This document shows, piece by piece, positions 16,201-28,088 of a DNA stretch of 34,976 nucleotides. The stretch's first letter is position 1. Every line of letters begins with the position of its first letter. A program made the position numbers and the translations under genes. Below the pieces are notes generated by a model. That model was given only the letters and a program-made list of their open reading frames with translations, had not been told where the DNA came from and made no database searches. The stretch is from Intoshia linei (lineage: Eukaryota; Animalia; Orthonectida). The DNA is taken from positions 1 through 34,976 of the forward strand of contig LWCA01000274.1 of the NCBI GenBank assembly GCA_001642005.1. Reading direction: 5' to 3'.

Positions 16201-19200
16201 TGGTTGCTGTATGGAATATGGAAGGTTTACCAAATGATGAATTATCTATTCAGAATGGTCTCATTGTCACACGTTCCTCTCGATACCCTTTGTTGATTGA
16301 CCCCCAAATTCAAGGTAAAAATTGGATTAAAAACAAGGAACAAGATAATGATTTAATGATTACTACTCTTAATGATAAAATGTTTAGGCAAAATTTGGAG
16401 GATGCTTTATCTTGTGGAAGGCCACTCATCATTGAAGACATTGGCGAAGAATTGGATCCTGTTTTAGATAATATTTTGGACAAAAACTTTATAAAAAGCG
16501 GTACTCTTATGAAAGTGAAACTTGGAGACCGAGAAATAGACATGATGAAGGGATTTAGATTGTACATTACCACTAAACTAGCAAATCCTGTCTACACTCC
16601 AGAAATATCTGCTGCTACGGCTATAGTAGATTTTAGTGTAACTCAAAAAGGTTTGGAGGATCAATTATTGGGTCGAGTTATCGAAAAAGAAAAATCAGAT
16701 TTGGAAACGGAAAGAATCAAACTCATGAAAGATATTCAAACAAATAAAGAAAAAATGAAGGAATTGGAAGACAACCTGTTATATCAACTTACTAGCGTTC
16801 AAGGTTCATTAGTAGACGATGAAAACTTGATCATTGTATTAAAAAACACAAAAATAACGTCTCTGGAAGTGAATCAAAAACTCGAAATTGCCAAAGACAC
16901 GGGTAAAAAAATTGACATTGCTAGAGAAGAATACAGACCTGTGGCATGCCGAGGCTCAATTTTGTACTTTCTAATAGTTGAAATGAGCCTGGTGAATGAC
17001 ATGTATCAAACATCTCTAGAGCAATTTTTAAATCTTTTTGATGTATCATTAGATGAATCTCTTAAATCACCTATACCTTCAAAAAGAATAATAAATATAA
17101 TAAATTTCATGACAATGCGTATTTATAATTATACAATGCGAGGACTCTATGAAATACACAAAAACACATTTACATTGCTTTTAGCACTTAAAATTGACAT
17201 GGAAAACGGAAAGGTCAAACACGAAGAATTTATGACACTTATTAAGGGCGGAGCAGCTTTAGATCTCAATACTGTTGAACCTAAACCATGTAAATGGATT
17301 GTGGATGCTACTTGGCTTAATGTTGTAGCTCTGTCTAATTTACACTATTTTTCAGGCATTCAGGAACAACTTCAGAGAAACGATAAACAATGGAAACAAT
17401 GGTGGGATAAGGAATGCCCCGAAGTTGAACCTTTACCTTCAGGCTACGAGGGAACATTGGATACCTTTAAAAAGTTTTTACTGGTTAGGTGTTGGTGTCC
17501 TGATAGAATTATTGCTTCTTCTCAGTATTATATTGCTGATAGCCTTGGAAAATATTACATTGAAAGTGTATTGTTAGACCTCGAAGCCACATGGAATGAG
17601 TCTTCTTCACGGATACCTTTGACTGGTTTATTGTCTATGGGCTCCGATCCAACATCAAATATTGATAATTTATCCAAAAAATTAAAAATTAAATTGAGAC
17701 AAATATCTATGGGACAAGGACAAGAAGTTCATGCACGTCGATATTTAAGTCAACTAATGACTTCTGGTGGTTGGTTGTTATTGCAAAATTGTCATCTCAG
17801 CATAGATTACAGTATTATTAATTTTATTCTTTTTATTCATTTTTAGTTCACGAAGTCATGAGTGTCTTAAACGAAACTGAAAATATTCACAACACTTTCC
17901 GATTGTGGGTTACAACGGAACCAACTAATAAATTTCCCATCACTTTCTTGCAAGTATGTTTATGTATTTTGTAAAGTAATTTCCAATCTTGTGCAAGTTA
18001 AAGTTTTAGTTAAAAATTTAAGTCAAAAACTGTTTTATTTTCACTTCTCTATCAGTAATTCTGACTCAGGATACGCTGATTCTGACTATATTTGAGTTGA
18101 CGTGATCCAATTTTTTAGTTACTGATTGAAATCATTTTTTTTAACTTTGATTTTGTTTTTTTAAATTCAAATATTGAGTCAAAAATCGAAAGGGGTTGCA
18201 AATTTCATCATTTGAAAGTCTTTTTCATATTTATTAAGGTATTGAATCTATATAATAAATAAAATTAATTAGAAATCTATTAAATTCACGAATGAACCTC
18301 CTAGTGGTGTTAAAGCCGGATTATCTCGTACATATAAATTGATAACACAAGACTATTTGGATATTACTAATATGCCACAATGGAAACCAATGCTGTACGC
18401 TGTTGCTTTTCTTCACAGTGTTATCCAAGAACGAAGAAAATTTGGACCCTTGGGCTGGAATATACCTTACGAATTTAATACATCTGATTTTAATGCTAGT
18501 GTAACATATGTACAACGCCATTTGGATGATATTGACCCTAAAAAGGTAAATTAAAATTTAAATTGGTAAATTTTTATAATATAAAGAATCAAATATAAAA
18601 TATACGTATTATCTTTGAAATATGAATGCAGGGTTGACGTAAGTGTCACATTGATGATTTGAATTTATAAATAATTTACTCTATTACATTAGGTCACAAA
18701 ACGAAATTTTTTTTAATATTGCAGGGATAATTTTATATACTGTTGAAATATACACTGAGAAGATAAGATTGATATAATTTACAAAAATAAATATTTACTA
18801 ATGTTTATAAATTTTTTGAAGTCGAAAACATTACCATTATTTTTGATAATGGAGGGGTTCCAGGATATATTAATCAGAGGTGGGAAGAATTTACTGTTCG
18901 AAAGGCACATTAACCTCAAAAAAAAATTAATAAGTTTACACCTTTATAAATAAAATTTAAGCAAATATTGCAGTGATATTCATGGGTGTGAATATGAAAA
19001 TTTTAGATGATTGTGGTGAATGATCAATTTTTAGCATATTTAATTCAATTTAGTAAAATCTTATGTGAGAAAACCAAAATTTTACCAACCCTTAAGCCTT
19101 AAGGAAAAAAACCGCTTTTACCAATATTTTTCTGAAAAATTATATTCTATCAAAAATTAAAATTTTAAAAATAATATAATATAATACTGTAAATAAAATA

Positions 19201-22200
19201 ATTTTAAATGAAAAATAATTAAAATTGTTCAGAAGGCCGTACCAAATCGTTAATAAGGTCGGCACTTTCCTAGTTATGTATTAAACCGTATTAGTTTCAG
19301 TTCTGAATCTACTGCAAATTTAAACAATCAAAATATTGTAAAAATGTATAAATTTAGGGAGTGAATTGGGCCTGTATTAGATACATGTTGAGCGAAATCC
19401 ACTATGGAGGTAGGGTTACAGATGACTTTGACAGTAGATTACTCAAAACTTTTTGTAAAATTTGGTAATTTTATAATTTTTTTTATTTCGAAATTTTTCC
19501 AATAATTTTTAACTTTATGTAGGTTTGGTGAAAACCTTTTACAACCAAACTTTGCATTTTACAAGAAATATATTGTTCCAAAGGCCAATAAAATTCAAGA
19601 TTATCAAGACTATATTGCGGGATTAGCGACCAATGATACACCTGAAGTTTTTGGATTACATCCAAATGCGGATATTACGTATGATAATTAAAAAAATAAA
19701 AAATGATTAACAGCTTTGAGAATATTGTTAATTTAAAATGCCATTTTTGCATTAATTCAGGGGTGACCAAGGTTTTACATACCATGCGCCACGTTTTTGT
19801 AATGTGATCTCAGATGCGTCAAAAATTTTTATGAAAGTCCGGCTACAAATAGAATGTATACGTATGGAAATATAATAGTTATTTACACTACTACTACAGT
19901 GGTTGTCGATTTAAACCACAGCTTTCTGAAAAATAGCGTGCTTTAAATTGAATGTGTGCTTTAAATTAGACGTTTAAATTTTTATTTACAATAATTAGAT
20001 TTTTGAAAAGTAATCTGTAATTCTTTTCTTGGTTCATCATTTCTGTACTAATTACATCTTCAAGATCATAAAACATTTTTAAAGCATCGTCTGTACTAAA
20101 ATTATTAATTCCATTTTTAAGTTTATTCAATTTTGTAAAAATACTAAAAAATAATATAATTATAATATAATGAATACTTTATCAAATATAAATAATACAG
20201 TTTATACCATTTCACTATCAATATGATAATAATTACAACCAATGTGATAGTAACTAACTTCAATGTGATAAAATTTTGCAACACAATAAAATAGCAATTA
20301 TCAATGTGATAATTTCTATATTTAAAGTGATAATCAAATTATTAAGAGTTTTTGGTATATTTTGACCTTGATATTTTGATGTATATTATGATTTAAGAAA
20401 AATGTTCGAATTTTCTGAGTTTAAATTGTTAAAAATATCCGTATGTTATTTGCATGTTCATTTAACCATAATATAGTTTCGAAATCAAAATATAAATTCA
20501 TTTTGAAAATTATCATATTTATATTCAAAGTAAGAATAGTCACAGTCAATATAAAAATAGCTAAATTCAAAATGGAATAACGATTGTCAATGTGATAACA
20601 ATTACAATCAATGTAAGAATAATTACATCCAAAATTTAAAGTGCCAACTCAAGAGCCTTAGAGATGTGGATAGGGTTATATAACACTACAATTCGTTTGT
20701 GAAATTTTTTAAAGTTCGGCTTTGGGATCTACTATTCAACTAATTTAAGTCGTTAATTAAATTAAATTTAAGGCACGTGAAAATTATTAACGTTATTCAG
20801 TTAAACTTCCCTTTATTTTGATAAAATGTTTACGTTCACTAATAATAAATGATCGATAATGAATAATATTCTAATTTAATTATATTGTTAAAGAAAGAGT
20901 ATATTCATTTTATTTAAAATTTGTCTTATGGACCACCTAGAATTTCCTATGGACCATTTTTGAAACCACTGATTATCATGGATTCTTATTATTATTAACA
21001 TTTTATGGAACATAGTGAATATCATCGATATTTTCAGTTCATTATTGTTCGATATTAACATAGCTGGACAAATTTATATCAAATTTTGAGAATTATCAAA
21101 AGTTATAATTCTATTGATTTTCTATAACAATTTATAATAATATCACCCTTAACAGAATTCGACCCTTAATATTCCATCAATTAATTACATTTTTTTAAAA
21201 CAGGTTGCATAATCAATATCTGATTCTTCAGAGAATCCGAAGAAATTTTTCCATAAACCAATAAAAAGTGAATCAGCCTTTTCTCCGGTCATAGACACAC
21301 AAAATAAAACTGTTATCTTCTTCTTTTTTGTTTTACTACAAATATTACGATTTCAGAAGAGGCTAGAGTTTTTTTAGATCATCGTTTATAGTATAATCCA
21401 GTTTCATCACAATTTCATACATCGTCTGGCTTATTTTCAGAAATTTTCTTTTTATTATATTAATCGAAAAAGAATTTGGAACGTTTTTAAAAAATACACT
21501 TAAAAAAAAGTGATTTTTAGAAATGACTCAATACTGACGAGAAAATAGAAATTTTGGCCCATATAATACTTGTTATAATTTTAATTAGTTGTAACGAAGT
21601 TTCTGTTTATATTTACGTAAGATTTTTCGAATAAATCCAGATTATCACATTGCTTGTAATTGTTATCACATTGACAATCGTTATTCCGTTTTGAATTTAG
21701 CTATTATCACATCGGTTGTAATTATTATCATATCGATAGTGAAATGGTATAAATCCATATTAAAGGAAATTTTGTTTCATATAAAATTATGAAATTATTA
21801 TAAAAATTTGATAATTTCGGAAAATTTTCAGGTTATTTCTCCACCAACACGGATTACTGAAAGAAAATGAATCTCACTTACAATTTAAAATTTTATTTTC
21901 AATATCCCACAATTTTAATTTATAAAAATTGGCAATGCGCTATCTTGAATGAGGCCCTCGTTTGAATGCGCTCTCCTTAATTTCAATTGAGAATGATATC
22001 AGTTTTGATAATATCATATATGATTTCTCTCAGAAAAAAGTGAGAAAACAACATTTGTGAAGAATTATCAAGAATTTTTTGTGACTGCATGGTGTATATT
22101 TTCAAATAAAAAAGTAAAATTTCTTCATTAATTAGTGTAAGTAGGTTTTTGTAAAATAAATAAAAGTTAATAGAAACCTACATAATATCTTGTAATGCTT

Positions 22201-25200
22201 TTATTAATACTCAATGAAATAAAACTCTAAGTCTCTAACGAACAGTATGCCCTGTCTTCTAAACAGGGGACCTAAATTTTTTTATCGCTTCGCTCGAAAT
22301 TTTAAAGGCCCCGGCCCTTTGCTTAGCCCAGGGCCCCAAAGTGGCTTAAGACGGCTCTGGGCCAACCTATGACGCATTGGTAACTTTAATAAATTAAAAT
22401 TTAAATTGTGGGATTATTGAAATAAAGTTTTAAATTGTAAGTAAGATTCATTTTCTTTCAGTAATCCGTGATAGTGGAGAAATAACTTAAACACTTTCCG
22501 AATCTACTGAAACCCCTTTTACCTTATATTGGTTAATATTTACTTAACAAGATAATTCTCATCATTGATCTGCCGGCACTTTAATAATCTCTATTCACTT
22601 CATAATTAGGTCTTAATTAATTAATGATTTATTATATTACTTCAAGAACATTATTATGCTCTCATTGACACATTTAAATGCAAATATTAAAAAGTCTCAT
22701 TAATTAAGGACCACTACACAGTATATCTTTATATTGTAAAAAAATTAAAATAGTTTATATTTCTATACACATAAATTCTATTGTAGCTGAAATTTTACAA
22801 AAATTTTATTGGCGCATCAGAGATCCCATGATAAAAACGTGGCGAATGGTATGTAAAATGTTGGCCACCCTTGCTCTAAGAGATTGAAATGTGAATTTGA
22901 CCTATAAAATTCATTAAATTTTTACACTATTAGAAAAAACTAGATACATATCCTATATACTGGGCCATGTAGAAAATGCTAGGGTCATATGGACCACCCT
23001 ACCATGATGAGGGACCTAATATTTTAATTTATTAATTTTTAATGTCGTAAAATTTCTTAATTATGTCACAATTATGATGACTAATACGATTTAAAACTGT
23101 TATTTTCAATTTTTAGACAATAAACGATAGATTAAACAATGTCTAGGCGTCCACGTTTTTAAAAAAAATTTATAGTCAACTTACAATTTCTAGCTGACAC
23201 GGGTCTACTGTTGGTTCTCTACGGCTCTGTCTATATAAACTTGTGTACATCATTTTAGAAGGTAGACGAAGTGATCTTTTAATACTGAGAAATATTATGT
23301 AACTTTAAAAGTTACATAATATCCACTGCACCTTCGAAGTACTTATAGTCAACAATTTAAATTATTAACTAGGGACTAGTTTCTGGAAGTGGTGTTATAA
23401 AAATATGTATTTATTTAAACTGGATATTATTTTGAAATTTTTAGATATCAAAGTGTAAGAGCCAAAGAAATGTTGGATTCAATAATGAGTATTCAACCAA
23501 AAGATTCAGGCGGTGCCTCTGGTATGACACGTGAAGATATTGTTTACAAATTGTGTGACGATATGTTAAATAAATTACCTCCAAACTATATTGGCCATGA
23601 AGTAGCTGCAAGGCTTCAAAAAATGGGACCATTACAACCAATGAATATATTTTTACGTCAAGAAGTCGACAGAATGAACAAAGTCATTGTTATTTTAAGA
23701 CAAAATTTAATTAATGTAAAATTGGCCATTGATGGTACCATTATTATGTCGGAAAATTTAAGAGACATCGTTGATGCAATGGTAAATAAGCGTATGTATT
23801 ACAATATTTAATTTTTTCAATTTAGTATGAATCTCGTGTAGCTAAGCAATGGCTTAATGTATCTTGGGATTCTACTAGTCTAGGATTTTGGTTCACCGAA
23901 TTAGTAGACAGAAATACTCAATTTCATGATTGGATTTTTGTTAGAAAACCAAACTATTTTTGGATGACTGGATTCTTTAATCCTCAAGGTTTCCTTACTG
24001 CAATGAGACAGGTTCTATATTGAAATTTATAGTGCAATCGTATCAGTGATTTAGCTTATCTATTAATCTAGGGTCATCATAGTGTTAAATATGGAAACTG
24101 CTGGATCCATGAAACGTTTTAAGATTAGTGAGGGAAATTTTTATTTATATTCTTTGAAGACTAATACATTTAATTAATTTACAAATTGTTATTTTTTAGA
24201 TGTGCATGATATTTTTATATTGAAAATTGGGTCCACGATGAAAGCAGTTTAGCGGGTCCTGACTTTATCTACTTGTATTTTTTGTATTTGCTAATTATAA
24301 TATTTAAAGTGTTTAGATCAGTGTTTCAGAAACGATGCGCTAGCATATATATTGGGTTTAAAAACGATCTATACTTCATTTTATAAAGGGTCTTAAATCA
24401 CATTTTTTGTTTTTTCTTAAATTTGGAGCGTTTCCTTGTAAAATTTTTGATAATATAGTAAAGATTTTCAATAAGCATTCAACAAATAAAAATTTTGAAT
24501 TGTTTCTAAGTGCACCTCATTGCAAAAAAAATTAAGAAACACTGGTTTAAATGAGGGATGTCAGACTCAATTTGCTTGGCGGGCCAAATTTGACAAAAAC
24601 ATTATTACGCGGGCGGCACCAAAAATATCTTTATTCAAATCATTATTAATCTAACAGTTTCAATTAATTAATAAAATGACATAAGAAACAATAATGGAAT
24701 ACGAGCATAACTAATGCTAAAATTGTAATTAGGAATAAATAAATTTCGTAGATTTTAACTTTAGGGCGTCATATAATGGAATGTGGAAATTAATTTATTC
24801 ATACATTAACTTAATTTAATTTAAATTTTGTAATTTACAGTTGGAATACTTTTCAGTATTTAATTAATTATTAAATGTTAACTAGCTTTTATAATTATAA
24901 AATAATGATATTTTATATTAAATAATCTTGACTATAAAAATCAAAATTTTCATATAAATTCTTTCAATTTTCGTAGTGTTTCTAAGCAAAGAAAACAAAT
25001 TTAATATTGAACAGCCTTGACTGTACACTGTACAGTAGGATGTCACATTTTTTGAAAAATTTTAGAATTTGAAAGACTGAGTAGCTAGGTGGGGTGTATT
25101 TTTAAAAAAAAATAACAATCCGATGACTAACTCAGAGATTGGTCCAGTAACGACGTTGCGTTGCTCAATTAACTAATTAACAAAAAATAGCTAAATTCAA

Positions 25201-27398
25201 CTTTATTTTCATGTTTTTTTTAATTTTTTCATACAAAAACTTAAATTCCTGCTTCGTTTGTGGAGAAAAATTGAAAAAATTTGTATATTTAAATATATCA
25301 CGTATGTACAGCTAAATCATGTACAATTGATTTTATTCTATAATATCAAAAAAAAAACTTTGAAAATTATAGTTATTATTGTTATTTGGTGTTTAAACAA
25401 TATTTTACGGGGTAAATAAATGTAGACACTTTTTGTAACGTTTTGAAAATGTTACTCTATATTATATTATACTATATTATATATCCTCAATAAACTAATA
25501 AAATATTAAAATTTATTTAAAACAGTCACTATATTTTGAATTTCTTCTTTTGTGAACAATTTTAATGCTTTTTTATATTTTTGTAATGCTAAAAGTAGAA
25601 TACCACTACTGTAATAGATCAGGAATTTTTCAATAAAGAATATAAAACTAAATCCATTTCAGTTACATTCAATTGATGAAAATTTACTTTCTAAGACTGT
25701 TAAATGTTCCAAATTTTATTTTCTAATGGATAATTCTTGAGTTTTCAGCATTTCTCTCCTTCAGATAGTAAAATTCCCCCAATTGAGAACCACTTATTTA
25801 AATAATCACATATTGATTTGAAATAAAAATTTATAAAATCATATTAAATTATTTTATTGGTCTATTGAGGATATATAAAATTTTTATTGTATTATTACTA
25901 TCTTAATTTCTCTTATATCATTAGAGTAACATTTTCGAAACGTTAGAAAAAGTGTCTACATTTATTTACCCCGTAAAATATTGTTTAAACACCAAAGAAC
26001 AATAATAACTATAATTTTCAAAGTTTTTTTTTTGATATTATAGAATAAAATCAATTGTACATGATTTAGCTGTACACGATATATTTAAATATACAAATTT
26101 TTTCAATTTTTCTCCACAAACGAAGCAGGAATTTAAGTTTTTGTATGAAAAAATTAAGAAAAACATGAAAATAAAGTTGAATTTAGCTATTTTTTGTTAA
26201 TTAGTTAATTGAGCAATACAACGTCGTTACTCACTTTTTTGAAAAACTGTTTTTAACATCGTGATCTGCATTCAAAAATACACCCCACCTAGCTACTCAG
26301 TTTTTTAAATTCTCAATATTTAAAAACGATGTGACACCCTACTGTACAGTGTACAGTCAGACTCGTCCATAATGAACCCTTAATGTCAGATTTTTGATAG
26401 ATTTATTATTAAACATTTTATCTGATTATAATATATTGGTATAATAATCATAATAATCGTTACACCACAATTTATATTTTGTTTTACCCAATTTTTATAG
26501 ATTTTGAAGACTCTTTAAGTTTTAAAAAACTTCCCTTAAAAACCCTACATATTTTGGACCCAAAATTATCTTCAAAATCTTTAAAAATTGGATGAAAAAA
26601 TTTTTCCTTAAAGAAACCACCAAAAATTTTGTCAAAAATCAATAATATCAAAATTAAAAACCATTTTTTCTAAATTAATTATAATTAATTTGAATAATTT
26701 GAATAAAATATTAACTTTCCTTAATCTTTTACATTGGTTAGTTACAATTTTACAAAAATGATTTACTATTAAAAAAATCATTATTGACGAGTCTGACTGT
26801 ATATTGAATTGTCAATCAAAAGTCTGAATTTAAACTCAATCGAATGTATCTTTATTGGTTTCTTCTTTTGGATGTCTACATTTTTTACGGTCTTGTAAGA
26901 TTTTTTACACCTACAGAAATATTTAGTTGAGAGTCAACTGCTGTGCTCACAAGGTTACAATCTAATTACCATATTTGGTGTATGTATTTGAACTAATCTT
27001 AATCATTATAGGAAGTGACAAGAGCCCACAAAGGATGGGCATTAGATATGGTACACATGCAAAACGAAGTGCTGCGTATAGCCAAGGATGACGTAAAAGA
27101 ATCACCTCTAGAAGGTGTTTACGTTCATGGATTGTATTTAGAAGGGGCAAGTTGGGACAGAAGAGGCTGTAGATTAATACAACCTAAACCAAAAATTTTA
27201 TATGAAAACCTACCTCTCGTACACATTTATGCAATAAATTCGATTGTAACTGTGGATAACAAAATGTATCCTTGTCCAATATATAAAAAACCACGACGAA
27301 CAGATTTAACCTACATTTCTACCATTTACCTCAAAACGAACGTTCCACCTCAAACTTGGATCTTACGTGGGGTTGCATTATTATGTGATATAAAATAA
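1294..27398 (+). CDS. DNAH5: Axonemal dynein heavy chain, outer arm gamma type (DNAH5/DNAH8 orthologue); 5' end lies upstream of the window
   Basis: Manually spliced GT-AG exons, all in phase: 1294-1407, 1572-1679, 1727-2048, 2088-2374, 2480-2737, 2787-2993, 3044-3367, 4653-5073, 5417-5862, 6071-6272, 6480-6715, 6956-7038, 7433-7568, 8345-10735, 11327-14273, 14884-17811, 17847-17953, 18273-18545, 19358-19464, 19523-19678, 23445-23781, 23826-24011, 27012-27398 (12963 nt, 4320 aa plus TAA). P-loops GPAGTGKT (AAA1), GPSGSGKT (AAA2), GESGTAKT (AAA3, GTAKT typical of DNAH5/8) and GVGGSGKQ (AAA4). Also [10 protein letters not shown], a coiled-coil stalk with MTBD, and C-terminus [11 protein letters not shown] as in DNAH5/8. 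DNAH5 versus DNAH8 cannot be resolved. Confidence 0.96.
4404..4530. repeat. Dispersed repeat, copy 2 (homologous to 668-790), in dynein intron 7
   Basis: See copy 1; contains an internal repetition of the (a/g)accgtaaa.gg.aggg motif. Confidence 0.55.
14337..14552. mobile_element. Degenerate hAT-like MITE in dynein intron 15
   Basis: Imperfect TIRs cagtgtcgtgtcaa / cttacacggcacta; no clear TSD. Confidence 0.4.
20201..21753. mobile_element. Nested foldback-like TIR element with modular AATGTGATA repeats
   Basis: tttataccatttcactatcaatatgataataattacaacc (20201) is inverted at about 21714-21753. aatagctaaattcaaaatggaataacgattgtcaatgtgataacaattacaa (about 20556-20607) is inverted at about 21654-21705. 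Confidence 0.65.
21255..21450 (-). pseudogene. pogo/Tigger (DDE_1) transposase remnant
   Basis: The minus strand reads [23 protein letters not shown]...[23 protein letters not shown], matching the Tigger/pogo consensus IFNADETGLFY..LP.KTL...KERITVLLCCNATGEKLKPLVIG; contains stops and a frameshift. Confidence 0.8.
21815..22502. mobile_element. Nested element with about 110-bp inverted arms
   Basis: ttatttctccaccaacacggattactgaaagaaaatgaatctcacttacaatttaaa...cccacaattt (21815-21922) is inverted at about 22393-22502. Confidence 0.7.
22960..23229. mobile_element. hAT MITE (270 bp) with 8-bp TSD; same family as 31477-31734
   Basis: Termini ctgggccatgtagaa / ttctctacggctctg; flanks cctatata / tctatata (7/8 TSD); internal sequence collinear with the copy at 31477. 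Confidence 0.75.
23292..23322. repeat. Perfect 31-bp palindrome
   Basis: atattatgtaacttt-a-aaagttacataatat (15-bp perfect arms, 1-nt spacer). Confidence 0.9.
24319..24544. mobile_element. hAT MITE (226 bp) with 8-bp TSD
   Basis: TIRs cagtgtttc / gaaacactg; flanks gtttagat / gtttaaat (nnnTAnnn, Charlie/Buster-type). Confidence 0.75.
24553..24620. mobile_element. Left end of another hAT MITE abutting the previous TSD
   Basis: gagggatgtcagactcaatttgcttggcgggccaaatt resembles the common CAGGGGTGTCAAACTCA...GCGGGCCAAAT terminus; right end not found. Confidence 0.45.
25026..26351. mobile_element. Foldback-like DNA element with about 430-bp terminal inverted repeats, TA-flanked (CMC/CACTA-like or Tc1/mariner-like)
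   Basis: Arms 25026-25459 and 25922-26351 are reverse complements; termini cactgtacagtagg / cctactgtacagtg, each flanked by TA; about 460-bp non-coding spacer. Confidence 0.85.
26354..26799. mobile_element. Tc1/mariner(pogo)-type MITE
   Basis: TA-cagtcagactcgtccataatga ... tcattattgacgagtctgactg-TA; also has internal inverted segments. Confidence 0.8.
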
Positions 27399-27457
27399 TC
27401 AAATACTATATTCACTTTTTGATCAACTATAAATTTTATATAATGAAATTTTTTTGA

Positions 27458-27463
27458 AATAAA
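27458..27463 (+). terminator. Putative polyadenylation signal of the dynein gene
   Basis: AATAAA about 60 nt after the TAA stop, followed by T-rich sequence; the motif is common in such AT-rich DNA. Confidence 0.45.
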
Positions 27464-27726
27464 TGTTTATCTATTATTGTGCTAAATTTTAACATTAACG
27501 ATAAAAGTTTTCGCTAGCCCTAATTTTTTTTTAGATAATAATAATGAATTAAACCTGTAGGAGATTTAAATAGTTTGGACTGCAAAAACTCTTAAATTAG
27601 ATCCTTAATAGTATTAAAAATTTCTATAAATTCTAAATTAGTATCAGATTTAAAAATGTGTATTTTAAATTGTTAAAATTTTATAAAAGTCACGTAAATG
27701 AGATTTGACGATTTGTTATTACAATA

Positions 27727-27862
27727 CAGTATTCTCTCCACAACTCGCCAACTCTATAAATTGCCAATTCTGCATTTCGCCCTTAATTTAAAATATAAAA
27801 TTAAAAGTATCTCGCCAATTTTTTGTAAATCCCAAGAACGGCGAGTTATAAAGAGAATATTG
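27727..27862. mobile_element. Tc1/mariner(pogo/Tigger)-type MITE, 136 bp, intergenic
   Basis: TA-cagtattctctccacaactcgcc ... ggcgagttataaagagaatattg-TA. Confidence 0.75.
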
Positions 27863-28088
27863 TAATTATAATCTTTGAACTATAACTTGGATATATTGAA
27901 ACATTCAAAATATTTGATAATATAATTCGTATTAAAATTTATAACTACATTTTATGTAATCTGATTTTTGTCGTATATAATGAGAATTAAAGCATGTTAA
28001 TGAATGAGAGCAATGAACCATTAAATAAATGTAAATGAATTTAAATGATTAGCATTTTATTAATTCAAAAAAAATTGTTATCACAGGA

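Larger units (their letters stand above)
19758..22873. mobile_element. hAT-type non-autonomous element (about 3.1 kb) carrying nested insertions, dynein intron 20
   Basis: About 65-bp imperfect TIRs: caggggtgaccaaggttttacataccatgcgccacgtttttgtaatgtgatctcagatgcgtcaa versus ttggcgcatcagagatcccatgataaaaacgtggcgaatggtatgtaaaatgttggccacccttg. The CAGGGGTGGCCAA terminus is typical of hAT MITEs; the TSD has decayed. Confidence 0.75.

Noticed and set aside
20220-20620. Recurrent AATGTGATA units as a CRISPR-like or regulatory array
   Set aside because: Irregular spacing, eukaryotic intron context and a mirrored copy at 21640-21753 show they are TIR modules.
2161-27150. Numerous short minus-strand ORFs overlapping dynein exons (e.g. 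8827-9096, 12181-12426, 16310-16573)
   Set aside because: Antisense shadows of the coding strand with no independent motifs.
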